From positions 624,250 to 688,249 of the forward strand of contig CBDIDO010000003.1 in NCBI GenBank assembly GCA_965277735.1: 64,000 nucleotides of DNA. The letters are read 5' to 3'. This DNA comes from Beijerinckiaceae bacterium (GTDB lineage: Bacteria > Pseudomonadota > Alphaproteobacteria > Rhizobiales > Beijerinckiaceae). Both the position numbers and the translations under genes were made by a program. This document shows positions 34,895 to 43,767 of this stretch, piece after piece (the first letter of the stretch is position 1; every line of letters starts with the position of its first letter). The notes beneath the pieces are model-generated. The model was not told the origin of the DNA. It made no database searches and saw only the letters and a list, made by a program, of their open reading frames with translations.

Positions 34895-37837
34895 CTAATG
34901 CCCCAGCCGCTCGAGCAGGTCGCGCACGTGCACCTGGTCGGCTTTGTAATTGCCGGTCAGCGTGTACATCACGAGGTTGATGCCGCCGCGCAGCGCGATC
35001 TCGTGCTGGCGCGGGTCGCCGGGCGAGAGGGCGTAGAGCGGCTCGCCGTAATCGTCGCCGGCCCAGCCGGCGGCGAGGTCGTTCGATGTCAGGATGATCG
35101 GCGAGACGCCGTCGCCGGAGCGGGCCGGGCGCGCCTCCTTGTCGCCAATCGGCGGCGGCAGCGCCTCGATCCAGGTTTCGCCCGAGGCGTAGCGGCCGAT
35201 GAAATTCTCGATGAGATAGAACGTCTTCGTCACGACATGGTCGGACGGGATTGGCTCCAGCTCCGGCACGTCGACGCCGGCGAGCAGCTGACGCAGCCAG
35301 GCCGTCGCCGGCGTCGGCTCGCCGTTCGGATGCACGGAATTGGCGTCGCGCGTGTCGAACACGATGGTGCCGCCGTTGCGCATGTAGGCGGAGATCTTCT
35401 CGATCGCCTTCTGCGAGGGCTGCGGGTTCGTGGCGACGATCGGCCAGTAGAGCAGGGGATAGAAGGCGAGCTCGTCCTTGGCGGGATCGATGCCGATCGG
35501 ATCACCGGGCGTCAGCGAGGTGCGCGCCGCCAGCGTCGTCGAGAGCGTCGCGAGGCCCTGCTTGGAGATCTCGTCGACCTTGCCGTCGCCCGAGGTGACG
35601 TAGGCGAGCCGCACCGACAGCGCCGACGAGAGATCGTTCGGCGAGACCTTCAGCGGCGCCTGGGCGGCCGCCGCGTCGCCGTCATTGCGAGCGAAGCGAA
35701 GCAACCCAGGGTTGGCAGGGGACAATCGGGCAGAAGGGAGCTCTGCACCCCCTGGGTTGCTTCGCCGTTGGCTCGCAACGACGGACGCAGAGGTCTCCGC
35801 ATGCGCCGGCGTCGGCGCCTTGAGCGTTGCCGTCCCGGCGAGAAGCAGCGCGAGCGCCGCGGCGACCGCGCGACGCGGCGCGGGCCGCAGCTTGCCCCCG
35901 AGCCACAGCGCGGCGAGCGCGTCGAGGCAGAACAGCACGAAGGCGCCGGCGATCAGCCACGGCCGGAGGTCGATCGGCTCGGCCGCCTGCAGCGGCGCCG
36001 ATTCGAACGACAGGCCCGAGAGATCGACCGCCGGGATCTTGTCCTCGGGCGCCAGCGCGTTCACGGCGAGCAGCGAGTCGGCCGCGCCGTAGAAGCCCGG
36101 CGGGTGGTCCGGCGAGGCGACGCCGCCGAACGTGGTGGGGACCGGCTTGGCGGAGGCCGGCGGCGCGCCCAGCGTGCCGAACCCGTCGAGCGTGCGCGAC
36201 GGCGCCACGGTCTCGACCGCCCGGCTCGCCTGCGCGGCCTTGGCCTCGGTCTCGGAGACGGCGCGGGCGCTCTCGCCCGACAGCGCGACGATCTTCTTCA
36301 GCATGTCGACGAAGAGACCGGAGATCGGCAGGTTCGACCAGGTCGTGTCGGCCGTCACGTGGAACAGCACGACGCGGCCTTTTCCGTGCGCGGCGGCGGT
36401 CACGAGGGGCGTGCCGTCGGAGAGCTGCGCCCAGGTCTTGGCCGGCAGGCCCGGCTCGGGCTCGGCCAGCACCTGGCGCGTGATCGTGACCTCGTCCGGC
36501 ACTTTCAGGCCGACGAACGGGCTCGGCGGCTCGAAGGCGGCGAGGTGCTTTGGCCGCTCCCAGGAGAGCGTGCCGCCGAGCACGCGGCCGCCGCGGCGCA
36601 GCTTGACCGGCACCAGATCGTCCGTCGCGCCCGAAAGCCGCGTGCCGGCGAAGCGCACGAGCAGGCCGCCGCCGTCGACCCAGTCGGACAGGCGCTGGCG
36701 GATCGGCCCGGTGATCGTGCCGTAGTCGGCGAGGATCAGCACGGTGACGCGCTCGTCGAGTATCGCGCCGATCGGGTCGGGCGTACCGGGCTTGGGCTCG
36801 TGCACGTCGGCGAAGGGGCTGAGCGCCTTGTGCAGGTAGTACGCGGCGGCCAGCAGCGGCTGCGCCGTGTCGGCGGTGTCGCCGGAGATGATGCCGACGC
36901 TGCGCCGCTTCCAGCGCGAGTCGAGCAGGGTGACCGCGCCGGCCGAGCGCGCGCCGGTGACCTCGAGCCGCGCGATCTGGTTGCGCAGCTCGATCGGCTG
37001 GTCGAACGTCGCGTCGACCGCGTCGCCGGTCTTGAAGACGTAGGGCGCCTCGCCGACCGTCAGGCCCTTCATGTCGAGCGCGCGAACGATGCCGTGCGCG
37101 CCCTCGGTGCCGGCAGCCGAGCGCAGCACCCGTACGGCGAGCTTGTCGCCGTCGTTGCGCGGGTCGGTGATCGCGAGGACGGGCTTCGCGTCGGAGATCA
37201 GGATGGTCTTCACCGGCAGCGCGGCGAGCGCCTGCGCGAAGGCGCGACCGGCGCCGCGCTCGAGCCCGTCCGAGAGCCACACGATGGTCGTGTCGGGGTG
37301 CGACTTCACGAAGCGCCCGATTGCGCCGGCGAGCGCCATGCGGTCCGGCGCGTAGGGCACCGGCGCGAGCGCGTGCAGCCGCTCGAGCGCGGTCGTGGAA
37401 TCGGTCGCGATCACGTCCTTGCCGCCGTCCGACGTCGCGGCGACCGCGACCGTGCGCGACTCCTGGCGTGCGGCCTCGATGCGCTGCGTCGCGGCGATCA
37501 CCCGGCGCTCCCACGTCGGCGCCGCCGCCCAGCTGGTGTCGAGCGCGACGAGCAGCGAGCCGCTGCCCTTGGTGCCGACGCTCAGCGGGTTCCAGATCGG
37601 CCCCGCCATCGCCAGGATGACCAGGGTGGCCAGGGCGAGCCGCAGCAGCAAAAGCCACCACGGCGTGTTGGCGGGCGTCTCGTCCTTGGGCCGCAGGTCG
37701 AGGATCAGCTTCAGCGGCGGGAACGGCACCCGCTCCGGGCGCGGCGGCGTCACCTTGAGCAACACGTACAGCACCGGCAGGCCGGCGAGCGCGACCAGCG
37801 CAAAAGGGATCGTGAAGGCGAGCGGCAGGCCGAGCAT
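34895..37837 (-). CDS. large membrane protein: N-terminal double-transmembrane (BatA-type) domain ... C-terminal DUF4159-like domain
   Basis: 980 aa. N-terminus FALVALAGLPVLYVLLKVTPPRPERVPFPPLKLIL...WWLLLLRLALATLVILAMAGP. The C-terminal domain ends ...NLVMYTLTGNYKADQVH. It is the third gene after MoxR and DUF58. Confidence 0.8.
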   Translation of the reverse strand: MLGLPLAFTIPFALVALAGLPVLYVLLKVTPPRPERVPFPPLKLILDLRPKDETPANTPWWLLLLRLALATLVILAMAGPIWNPLSVGTKGSGSLLVALDTSWAAAPTWERRVIAATQRIEAARQESRTVAVAATSDGGKDVIATDSTTALERLHALAPVPYAPDRMALAGAIGRFVKSHPDTTIVWLSDGLERGAGRAFAQALAALPVKTILISDAKPVLAITDPRNDGDKLAVRVLRSAAGTEGAHGIVRALDMKGLTVGEAPYVFKTGDAVDATFDQPIELRNQIARLEVTGARSAGAVTLLDSRWKRRSVGIISGDTADTAQPLLAAAYYLHKALSPFADVHEPKPGTPDPIGAILDERVTVLILADYGTITGPIRQRLSDWVDGGGLLVRFAGTRLSGATDDLVPVKLRRGGRVLGGTLSWERPKHLAAFEPPSPFVGLKVPDEVTITRQVLAEPEPGLPAKTWAQLSDGTPLVTAAAHGKGRVVLFHVTADTTWSNLPISGLFVDMLKKIVALSGESARAVSETEAKAAQASRAVETVAPSRTLDGFGTLGAPPASAKPVPTTFGGVASPDHPPGFYGAADSLLAVNALAPEDKIPAVDLSGLSFESAPLQAAEPIDLRPWLIAGAFVLFCLDALAALWLGGKLRPAPRRAVAAALALLLAGTATLKAPTPAHAETSASVVASQRRSNPGGAELPSARLSPANPGLLRFARNDGDAAAAQAPLKVSPNDLSSALSVRLAYVTSGDGKVDEISKQGLATLSTTLAARTSLTPGDPIGIDPAKDELAFYPLLYWPIVATNPQPSQKAIEKISAYMRNGGTIVFDTRDANSVHPNGEPTPATAWLRQLLAGVDVPELEPIPSDHVVTKTFYLIENFIGRYASGETWIEALPPPIGDKEARPARSGDGVSPIILTSNDLAAGWAGDDYGEPLYALSPGDPRQHEIALRGGINLVMYTLTGNYKADQVHVRDLLERLGH
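35680..35784. repeat. palindromic REP/MITE-like element, type 1 (GCGAAGCAACCCAGGG arms), 105 bp, in frame inside the CDS
   Basis: Arms CGTCATTGCGAGCGAAGCGAAGCAACCCAGGG ... CCCTGGGTTGCTTCGCCGTTGGCTCGCAACGACGG. Translated as ...VVASQRRSNPGG...NPGLLRFARNDG. A related copy lies at 48294..48375. Confidence 0.75.
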
Positions 37838-38770
37838 CTAGCGCGCTCCCGCCGCGAACAGGTCGGCGCCCTGCTCGAGCCGCATGCGCAGCGCGAGCAG
37901 CGCCTCGGAGGCCGGGCGGTCGGTGCGGTGCAGGGCGAGGCTCCAGCCCTTGGCGCGGACGATCGAGGTGATCGCGTCGCGGTGCGCGGCGAGGCGGCGC
38001 ATGTACATGTCGCGGAACCGCTCCGCCTGGCCGATGCGCATCAGCGCCGACGTGTCGACGTCGACGAACTCGGTATGGCCGGCGAAGGGGAAGGTCTCCT
38101 CGACCGGGTCGGCGATCATCAGCAGATGCCCGCGCGCGCCTCGCGCGGAAATGTCCTCGATGCGCGCGCCGATCTCGCCCGGCGGCGTCAGGAAGTCGCT
38201 GATCATCACGATGCGGACGCGCGGCGGCAGCGGGCCGGCGGGCGGCAGCTCATCGTCGCCGGTGCGGCGGTCGTGGGCAAGCGCCTCGGCGAAGCGCTCG
38301 ATGACGTTGCGCGAGGCGACCGGGCGCGTCAGGCCCGCGAGGCCGACGCGCTCGCCGCCGCGCACCAGGAGATCGGCCGCGGCGAGGCCGAGCACGATGG
38401 CGCGGTCGAGCTTCGACTGCATCGCGAGCGACGAGGCGTAGGCCATCGACGGCGAGCGGTCGATCCAGAGCCAGACGGTATGCGCGGATTCCCATTCGCG
38501 CTCGCGCACGTAGATCCGGTCGTCGCGGGCCGAGCGGCGCCAGTCGACGCCCGAGGCCGACTCGCCGGCGACGAAAGGGCGGAACTGCCAGAAATTCTCG
38601 CCGATGCCGGCGCGCCGCCGCCCGTGCACGCCGTGCAGGGCGGAGGACGCGATCTCCTTCGCCGCCACGACCAGCGCGGGAAGGCGCCGCGCGAGATCGA
38701 GCGCGCCCTGCTGCTGCGGGCCGCCGGGACGGCGCTCGGACTGGTCGAGAAGGCGCGCGGAGACGGGCAT
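37838..38770 (-). CDS. DUF58 domain-containing protein
   Basis: 310 aa. Contains the motif FRPFVAGESASGVDWRRSARDDRIYVREREWE and occupies the canonical position immediately downstream of a MoxR ATPase. Confidence 0.85.
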   Translation of the reverse strand: MPVSARLLDQSERRPGGPQQQGALDLARRLPALVVAAKEIASSALHGVHGRRRAGIGENFWQFRPFVAGESASGVDWRRSARDDRIYVREREWESAHTVWLWIDRSPSMAYASSLAMQSKLDRAIVLGLAAADLLVRGGERVGLAGLTRPVASRNVIERFAEALAHDRRTGDDELPPAGPLPPRVRIVMISDFLTPPGEIGARIEDISARGARGHLLMIADPVEETFPFAGHTEFVDVDTSALMRIGQAERFRDMYMRRLAAHRDAITSIVRAKGWSLALHRTDRPASEALLALRMRLEQGADLFAAGAR

Positions 38771-38777
38771 CAGTTGA

Positions 38778-39785
38778 TCACGAAAATTTCGCCGTCAGCT
38801 TCTTCACCACGCCCTCGATCGTCTCGCCGTCGGCGCGGGCGGAGAAGGTGAGCGCCATGCGATGCTTCAGCACCGGCTCGGCAAGCGCGATGACATCGTC
38901 GAGCGACGGCGAGAGGCGGCCGGAGACGAGCGCGCGCGCACGGGAGGCTAGCATCAGCGCCTGCGCCGCGCGCGGGCCGGGGCCCCAGGCGATCGACTTG
39001 GTGATCGCGGCGTCGCCCTCGCCGGGGCGCGCGTTGCGGACGATGTCGAGGATCGCCTCGATGATGGTCTCGCCGACGGGCAGACGGCGCACGAGGCGCT
39101 GCGTCGCCTGAAGGTCCTCGGCGCTCATTGCCGCCTTGGCGACGGCCTGATGCTCGCCGGTCGTCTCGATGAGGATGCGCTTTTCCGCGGCGCGGTCGGG
39201 GTAGGTGACGTCGATCTGCATGAGGAAGCGGTCGAGCTGCGCTTCCGGCAGAGGATAGGTCCCCTCCTGCTCCAGCGGGTTCTGCGTCGCCAGCACATGG
39301 AAGGGGGCCGGCAGGTCGTAGCGCTCGCCGGCGACCGACACATGGTATTCCTGCATCGCCTGCAGCAGCGCCGATTGCGTGCGCGGGCTGGCGCGGTTGA
39401 TCTCGTCGGCCATCAGCAGCTGCGCGAAGATCGGGCCGCGCATGAACTTGAAGCTGCGCTTGCGGTCGACGCTCTCTTCCAGGATCTCGGAGCCGAGGAT
39501 GTCGGCCGGCATCAGGTCCGGCGTGAACTGCACGCGGCGGGCGTCGAGCCCGAGCACGGTGCCGAGCGTCTCGACGAGCTTTGTCTTGGCGAGGCCGGGC
39601 ACGCCGACGAGCAGGCCGTGGCCGCCGGCGAGCAGCGTCACGAGCGTCTCCTCGACCACCGTCTGCTGGCCGAAGATCACGGTGCCGATCGCGGCGCGCG
39701 CGGCCGCGACCCGGTCCAGCGCGACCTCCGCGTTGCGGGCGACCGCGGCTTCGAGCGAGGTGGCGTTGGTCGCGGGCTCGGCCAT
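38778..39785 (-). CDS. MoxR family AAA+ ATPase
   Basis: 335 aa. Walker A GVPGLAKT, Walker B LLMADEINRASPRTQSALLQAMQE, and the MoxR-type C-terminal lid. Confidence 0.95.
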   Translation of the reverse strand: MAEPATNATSLEAAVARNAEVALDRVAAARAAIGTVIFGQQTVVEETLVTLLAGGHGLLVGVPGLAKTKLVETLGTVLGLDARRVQFTPDLMPADILGSEILEESVDRKRSFKFMRGPIFAQLLMADEINRASPRTQSALLQAMQEYHVSVAGERYDLPAPFHVLATQNPLEQEGTYPLPEAQLDRFLMQIDVTYPDRAAEKRILIETTGEHQAVAKAAMSAEDLQATQRLVRRLPVGETIIEAILDIVRNARPGEGDAAITKSIAWGPGPRAAQALMLASRARALVSGRLSPSLDDVIALAEPVLKHRMALTFSARADGETIEGVVKKLTAKFS

Positions 39786-39862
39786 GGACGGGTGGCTCCT
39801 GGGGGAATAGGTGGGATACTATGGCGGGACCGAGCGACTTTGGCGCTCTTTGGGTTCAGATT

Positions 39863-40459
39863 ATGACTGAGAACGCGGCGCGGGAGAAGGCGACGCAAGG
39901 GAGAGCGACAGATGGACCCGCTTCCCGGCTGACCGGCCTCGCGGCGGCGGTCGGTGCTGTCAAGCTGCGCGGTCCGGCTCCCGTGGACAAATGGCATCCG
40001 CCCTATTGCGGCGAGATCGACATGAAGATCGCCGCCGACGGCACCTGGTTCTACGCCGGCACGCCGATCTCGCGACCTGCGATGGTGCAGCTCTTCTCCG
40101 GCATCCTGCGCAAGGACCCCGAGCGCTACGTGCTGGTGACGCCGGTCGAGTGCGTCGGCATCGCCGTCGAGGACGTCCCCTTCATCGCCGTGGCGATGGA
40201 GACGGACGGCGGGACGCTGCGCTTCGTCACCAACCTCGGCGACGAGGTCGAGGCGGGCGACGCGCATCCCATGCGCTTCGGGCTCGCGGCCGACGGCGGC
40301 GTGAAGCCATATGTCCTCATCCGCGGCGGCCTCGAGGCCCGGCTGACCCGGACGCTGGCGATCGAGCTGCTCGATCGTGTCGAAGAGCGCGACGGCAGCG
40401 TCGGCATCGCCTCCGGCGGCGCCTTCTTCGCCATCGGCCCGGCCGAGGCCGAGGCGTGA
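39863..40459 (+). CDS. DUF1285 domain-containing protein
   Basis: 198 aa from the ATG at 39863. Contains WHPPYCGEIDMKIAADGTWFYAGTPISRPAMVQLFSGILRKD...YVLVTPVE, the DUF1285 signature. Confidence 0.85.
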   Translation: MTENAAREKATQGRATDGPASRLTGLAAAVGAVKLRGPAPVDKWHPPYCGEIDMKIAADGTWFYAGTPISRPAMVQLFSGILRKDPERYVLVTPVECVGIAVEDVPFIAVAMETDGGTLRFVTNLGDEVEAGDAHPMRFGLAADGGVKPYVLIRGGLEARLTRTLAIELLDRVEERDGSVGIASGGAFFAIGPAEAEA

Positions 40460-41130
40460 ACATCCGTCCGCGTCCGCCGCTGCCGCCCGAGTCCTTCGAT
40501 GCCGAAGCGGTGTTCGCGCGCATCCGAGAGCGGATCGCCCCGTCGCTCGCCGCCGATGCCTTGGATCGCGCCGCGACCCCGCGCTATGGCGACCACATCC
40601 TCAACGCCTGGGACGTGACGGCCGACTTCCTGGCGACGGTGCGCACCGCCGCGGTGCTGGTCGGCCTCGTCGAGCGGCCGGACGGCCTCACCATGCTGCT
40701 CACGCAGCGCACCGCCGGCCTGCGCGACCACGCCGGCCAGGTCGCGTTTCCCGGCGGCAAGATGGACCCGGACGATGCGAGCGCGGCCGCCACCGCGCTG
40801 CGCGAGGCCAACGAGGAGATCGGCCTGCCGTCGGAACGCGTCGAGGTGCTCGGCTACCTCGATCCCTATCTCACGCGAACCGGCTTCCGCATCGTGCCGG
40901 TCATCGCCCGCGTGACGCCGCCTTTCGACATGGTGCTGAACCCCGGCGAGGTGGTCGACGCGTTCGAGACGCCGTTCGCCTTCCTGATGAGCGAGGCGAA
41001 CCACCAGCTGCACGAGCGCAGCTTCAAGGGCCAGACCTGGCAGTTCTATGCCTTCGAGCACGGCGGCCGCAGGATCTGGGGCATCACGGCGGGCATGATC
41101 CGCGGCCTCTACGAGAGGCTGTATCTGTGA
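40456..41130 (+). CDS. CoA pyrophosphatase (NUDIX hydrolase, NudL-like)
   Basis: GTGA start/stop overlap with DUF1285. Nudix box GGKMDPDDASAAATALREANEEIGL. Upstream LLTQRT motif. Confidence 0.85.
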   Translation: MNIRPRPPLPPESFDAEAVFARIRERIAPSLAADALDRAATPRYGDHILNAWDVTADFLATVRTAAVLVGLVERPDGLTMLLTQRTAGLRDHAGQVAFPGGKMDPDDASAAATALREANEEIGLPSERVEVLGYLDPYLTRTGFRIVPVIARVTPPFDMVLNPGEVVDAFETPFAFLMSEANHQLHERSFKGQTWQFYAFEHGGRRIWGITAGMIRGLYERLYL

Positions 41131-41143
41131 GCTGGCGAGCACC

Positions 41144-41404
41144 ATGATCCGCGCGCTGTCCGAGCCGCTGGCCTTCTTCCTGGTGCCGTTCGCACTCTAT
41201 GCCGGCTTTCTCCTGCTGCAGCTGATCAACCCCTTCCTGATCGACAATTGGACGCGGCGCGTCGTCGTGCCGCTCGCGCTCGCCGGCCTGCTGCTCGCCG
41301 TCGGCAGCCTTGTCGTGGTCGGGCTGCTGGCGCCGCGCTACGAGGGCGGTTACGTCCCCGCGCACGAGGAGAACGGGCGCATTGTGCCTGGACAGACGCA
41401 ATGA
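41144..41404 (+). CDS. small two-TM membrane protein (I recall this family as DUF6111)
   Basis: 86 aa with two hydrophobic segments. It sits between the NUDIX gene and cca. ATGA overlap with the cca start. Confidence 0.65.
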   Translation: MIRALSEPLAFFLVPFALYAGFLLLQLINPFLIDNWTRRVVVPLALAGLLLAVGSLVVVGLLAPRYEGGYVPAHEENGRIVPGQTQ

Positions 41405-42633
41405 AACCGGAGGTGGCGGCCCTGCTGTCGCGCGCGCCGCTCGCCCGCGCGCTCGACCTTCTCGATCGTGACGGCGAGGAGGCGCGGCTCGTCGGCGGCG
41501 CGGTGCGCAACGCGCTGATGGGCCGCCCCGTCGCCGACTACGACATCGCCACCACCGCCTCGCCGCAGACCGTGACGGCGCGCGCCAAGGCCGCGGGCCT
41601 GAAGGTGAGGCCGACGGGGATCGCGCACGGCACGGTCACGCTGCTCATCGACGGGCAGCCGTTCGAGGTGACGACGCTGCGCGAGGACATCGACACGGAT
41701 GGCCGCCACGCCATCGTGCGCTTCGGGCGCGACTTCGCGCAGGACGCCTTGCGGCGCGACTTCACGATCAACGCGCTGTCGCTCTCGCGCGACGGGACGA
41801 TCCACGATTACGCCGGCGGCCTCGACGACCTCGCGCGCTGCCGGGTCCGCTTCATCGGCAACCCTGCGACCCGCATCCGCGAGGATTACCTGCGCATCCT
41901 GCGTTTTTTCCGCTTCACCGCCGAGTACGGCGAGGGGCCGCTCGATGCGGACGGCCTCGCCGCCGCTGTCGCGCTGCGCGAAGGCCTGTCGCGGCTCTCG
42001 CGCGAGCGCGTTCGCGTCGAGCTTTTGAAGCTTCTCGTCGCGCGGCGTGCGCCATCGATCGTCACCGAGATCGCCGAGACAGGGCTCATCGGCCCGCTTC
42101 TCCAGACGGTGCCGCAGCCGCGCCGCCTCGCCGCCGCGCTCGCGATCGTGCCGGAGTCCGATGCGATCCTGCGCCTCGCCGCGCTCGCGGCGATCGTGCC
42201 GGAGGATGCCGCGCGCCTGCAGGATCGACTGAGGCTCTCGAAGGCCGAGACAGCGCGACTCGACGCTGCGACCCGGGTGCTGTCGCGCCTTCATGGCGTG
42301 CACGAGCCGCCCGCCAGCGAAGTGATTCGCGCGCTTTTGTTCAAGTTCGGCCGTCCGGCGGTCGCAGATGGGGTGAGCTTGGCGGCCGCCGAGGCCGGCG
42401 GCGAGGGGGTGGCATGGCAGCAGGTGCTGCGCGCCATCGCGAGCGAGACGATCCCGGTCCTGCCGTTCACGGCGGAGGATCTGATCGCGCGGGGCATGGC
42501 GCCCGGCAAGGCGCTCGGCGATGCCCTTCGGCGCCTGTCCTCCCTCTGGGAAGCGGCCGGTTTTCCGACCGAACGCTTGGCCCTGAATGAATTGCTCGCG
42601 AGCTTTGATGCAGCGCCCGGTGACGATAGGTAA
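41401..42633 (+). CDS. cca: CCA tRNA nucleotidyltransferase / poly(A) polymerase family protein
   Basis: 410 aa. Contains GGAVRNALMGRPVADYDIAT (GGxVRD...DxD nucleotidyltransferase motif) and RRDFTINAL. Confidence 0.85.
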   Translation: MKPEVAALLSRAPLARALDLLDRDGEEARLVGGAVRNALMGRPVADYDIATTASPQTVTARAKAAGLKVRPTGIAHGTVTLLIDGQPFEVTTLREDIDTDGRHAIVRFGRDFAQDALRRDFTINALSLSRDGTIHDYAGGLDDLARCRVRFIGNPATRIREDYLRILRFFRFTAEYGEGPLDADGLAAAVALREGLSRLSRERVRVELLKLLVARRAPSIVTEIAETGLIGPLLQTVPQPRRLAAALAIVPESDAILRLAALAAIVPEDAARLQDRLRLSKAETARLDAATRVLSRLHGVHEPPASEVIRALLFKFGRPAVADGVSLAAAEAGGEGVAWQQVLRAIASETIPVLPFTAEDLIARGMAPGKALGDALRRLSSLWEAAGFPTERLALNELLASFDAAPGDDR

Positions 42634-42774
42634 TGTTATTACTTTTGATAATATTACGGTACGTCACCTAATGTAGCGTAAGCCACGCAACGCAGTGGAT
42701 AGTGAACAAATGACCTGAACTTACTTGACGGAGAGGCATGGCTCGGCTCTGAATCGACCCCTTAGCCGGGAGCT

Positions 42775-43767
42775 GTGACGATGTCGCGCTTGAGCGGGCA
42801 TGCCGAGAAGATCATTTCGACAATCGAGACCTACGCCGGCACGTCGGCCCTGGTAGCGTCATGGCGGCGCTCCCTGCGCGTCCATGGTCTCGATCCCGAC
42901 CTTTCCATCCCGCCGCAGCCGGATCGCGACGCGTGGTGCGAGGCCTGCGAGCGCGAGGACGACCTCCTCGAGGTGAGCCGGCCGGTGCTCGACCAGCTCC
43001 ATGAGATGCTGAACAAGACCGACAGTGCCGTCTTCCTCACCGATCGACGCGGCATGGTCCTCGATCTGCGCACCAACCGCGCGTGCGATTTCTGGCAGCG
43101 CAAACCCGACGAGTGGCTCGGCACGATCTATTCGGAAGATCGGCTCGGCACGACGGGCATCGGCTTGTGCATCGCCGACCAGCGCGGCGTCATCGTGCGC
43201 GGCGACCAGCATTTCCTGGCGCGCTACACCGACCGTGTCGCGATCGCGGCGCCGCTGTTCGGGCCCAACGGCTATCTCGTCGGCTCGCTCTCCTTCAACC
43301 AGGATGCCGCCGCGCATGAAGCGCGGCTCGATGCCTTCATGTCGATGACGGTCGCGAATTTCGCGCGCCGGATCGAGGCCGAGTTGTTCGCGCGCGCCTA
43401 TCCGCACACCCGGCTCGTGCTGGCCTCGATGCAGGGGCGCGCGCCGGAAGCCTTGCTCGCGGTCGACCACGACGATCGCGTCGTCGGGGCGACGCGCGCC
43501 GCCCGCCGCCTGCTCTCGCTCGACGACGACGCGCTCGCCGAGGCGCCCAATGTCGACGATCTCCTCAACGCGACCGCTGCCCAGCGCGGCGACGTGCTGG
43601 CGGAGGCGGAGCGGCGCACGATCGTGCGGGCGCTGTCGCGCGTCGGCGGCAATCTATCGGCGGCCGCGCGGCTTGTCGGCATCAGCCGCTCGACGCTCTA
43701 TCGCAAGCTCGCGTCCTACGAGATCGGCGCGCAGATGGCGGCGACTAAACCTCGCCCATCGGCTTGA
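42775..43767 (+). CDS. GAF domain + Fis-type HTH transcriptional regulator (AcoR-like but lacking the sigma-54 AAA+ module)
   Basis: 330 aa. N-terminal sensory region, then C-terminal AERRTIVRALSRVGGNLSAAARLVGISRSTLYRKL (HTH_8). There are no Walker or GAFTGA motifs. GTG at 42775 or ATG at 42781. Confidence 0.75.
   Translation: MTMSRLSGHAEKIISTIETYAGTSALVASWRRSLRVHGLDPDLSIPPQPDRDAWCEACEREDDLLEVSRPVLDQLHEMLNKTDSAVFLTDRRGMVLDLRTNRACDFWQRKPDEWLGTIYSEDRLGTTGIGLCIADQRGVIVRGDQHFLARYTDRVAIAAPLFGPNGYLVGSLSFNQDAAAHEARLDAFMSMTVANFARRIEAELFARAYPHTRLVLASMQGRAPEALLAVDHDDRVVGATRAARRLLSLDDDALAEAPNVDDLLNATAAQRGDVLAEAERRTIVRALSRVGGNLSAAARLVGISRSTLYRKLASYEIGAQMAATKPRPSA

Noticed and set aside
34898-38851. 1317-aa plus-strand ORF antisense to the DUF4159, DUF58 and MoxR genes
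   Set aside because: It is a shadow ORF. The opposite strand encodes proteins with clear Walker motifs, a DUF58 motif and TM topology. This frame is Arg/Gly/Asp-rich without domains.
42700-42774. A sigma-54 (-24/-12) promoter upstream of the GAF-HTH regulator (GGCATGGCTCGGCT)
   Set aside because: There is no TGC at the proper -12 spacing after the GG. The match to TGGCAC-N5-TTGC is too poor.
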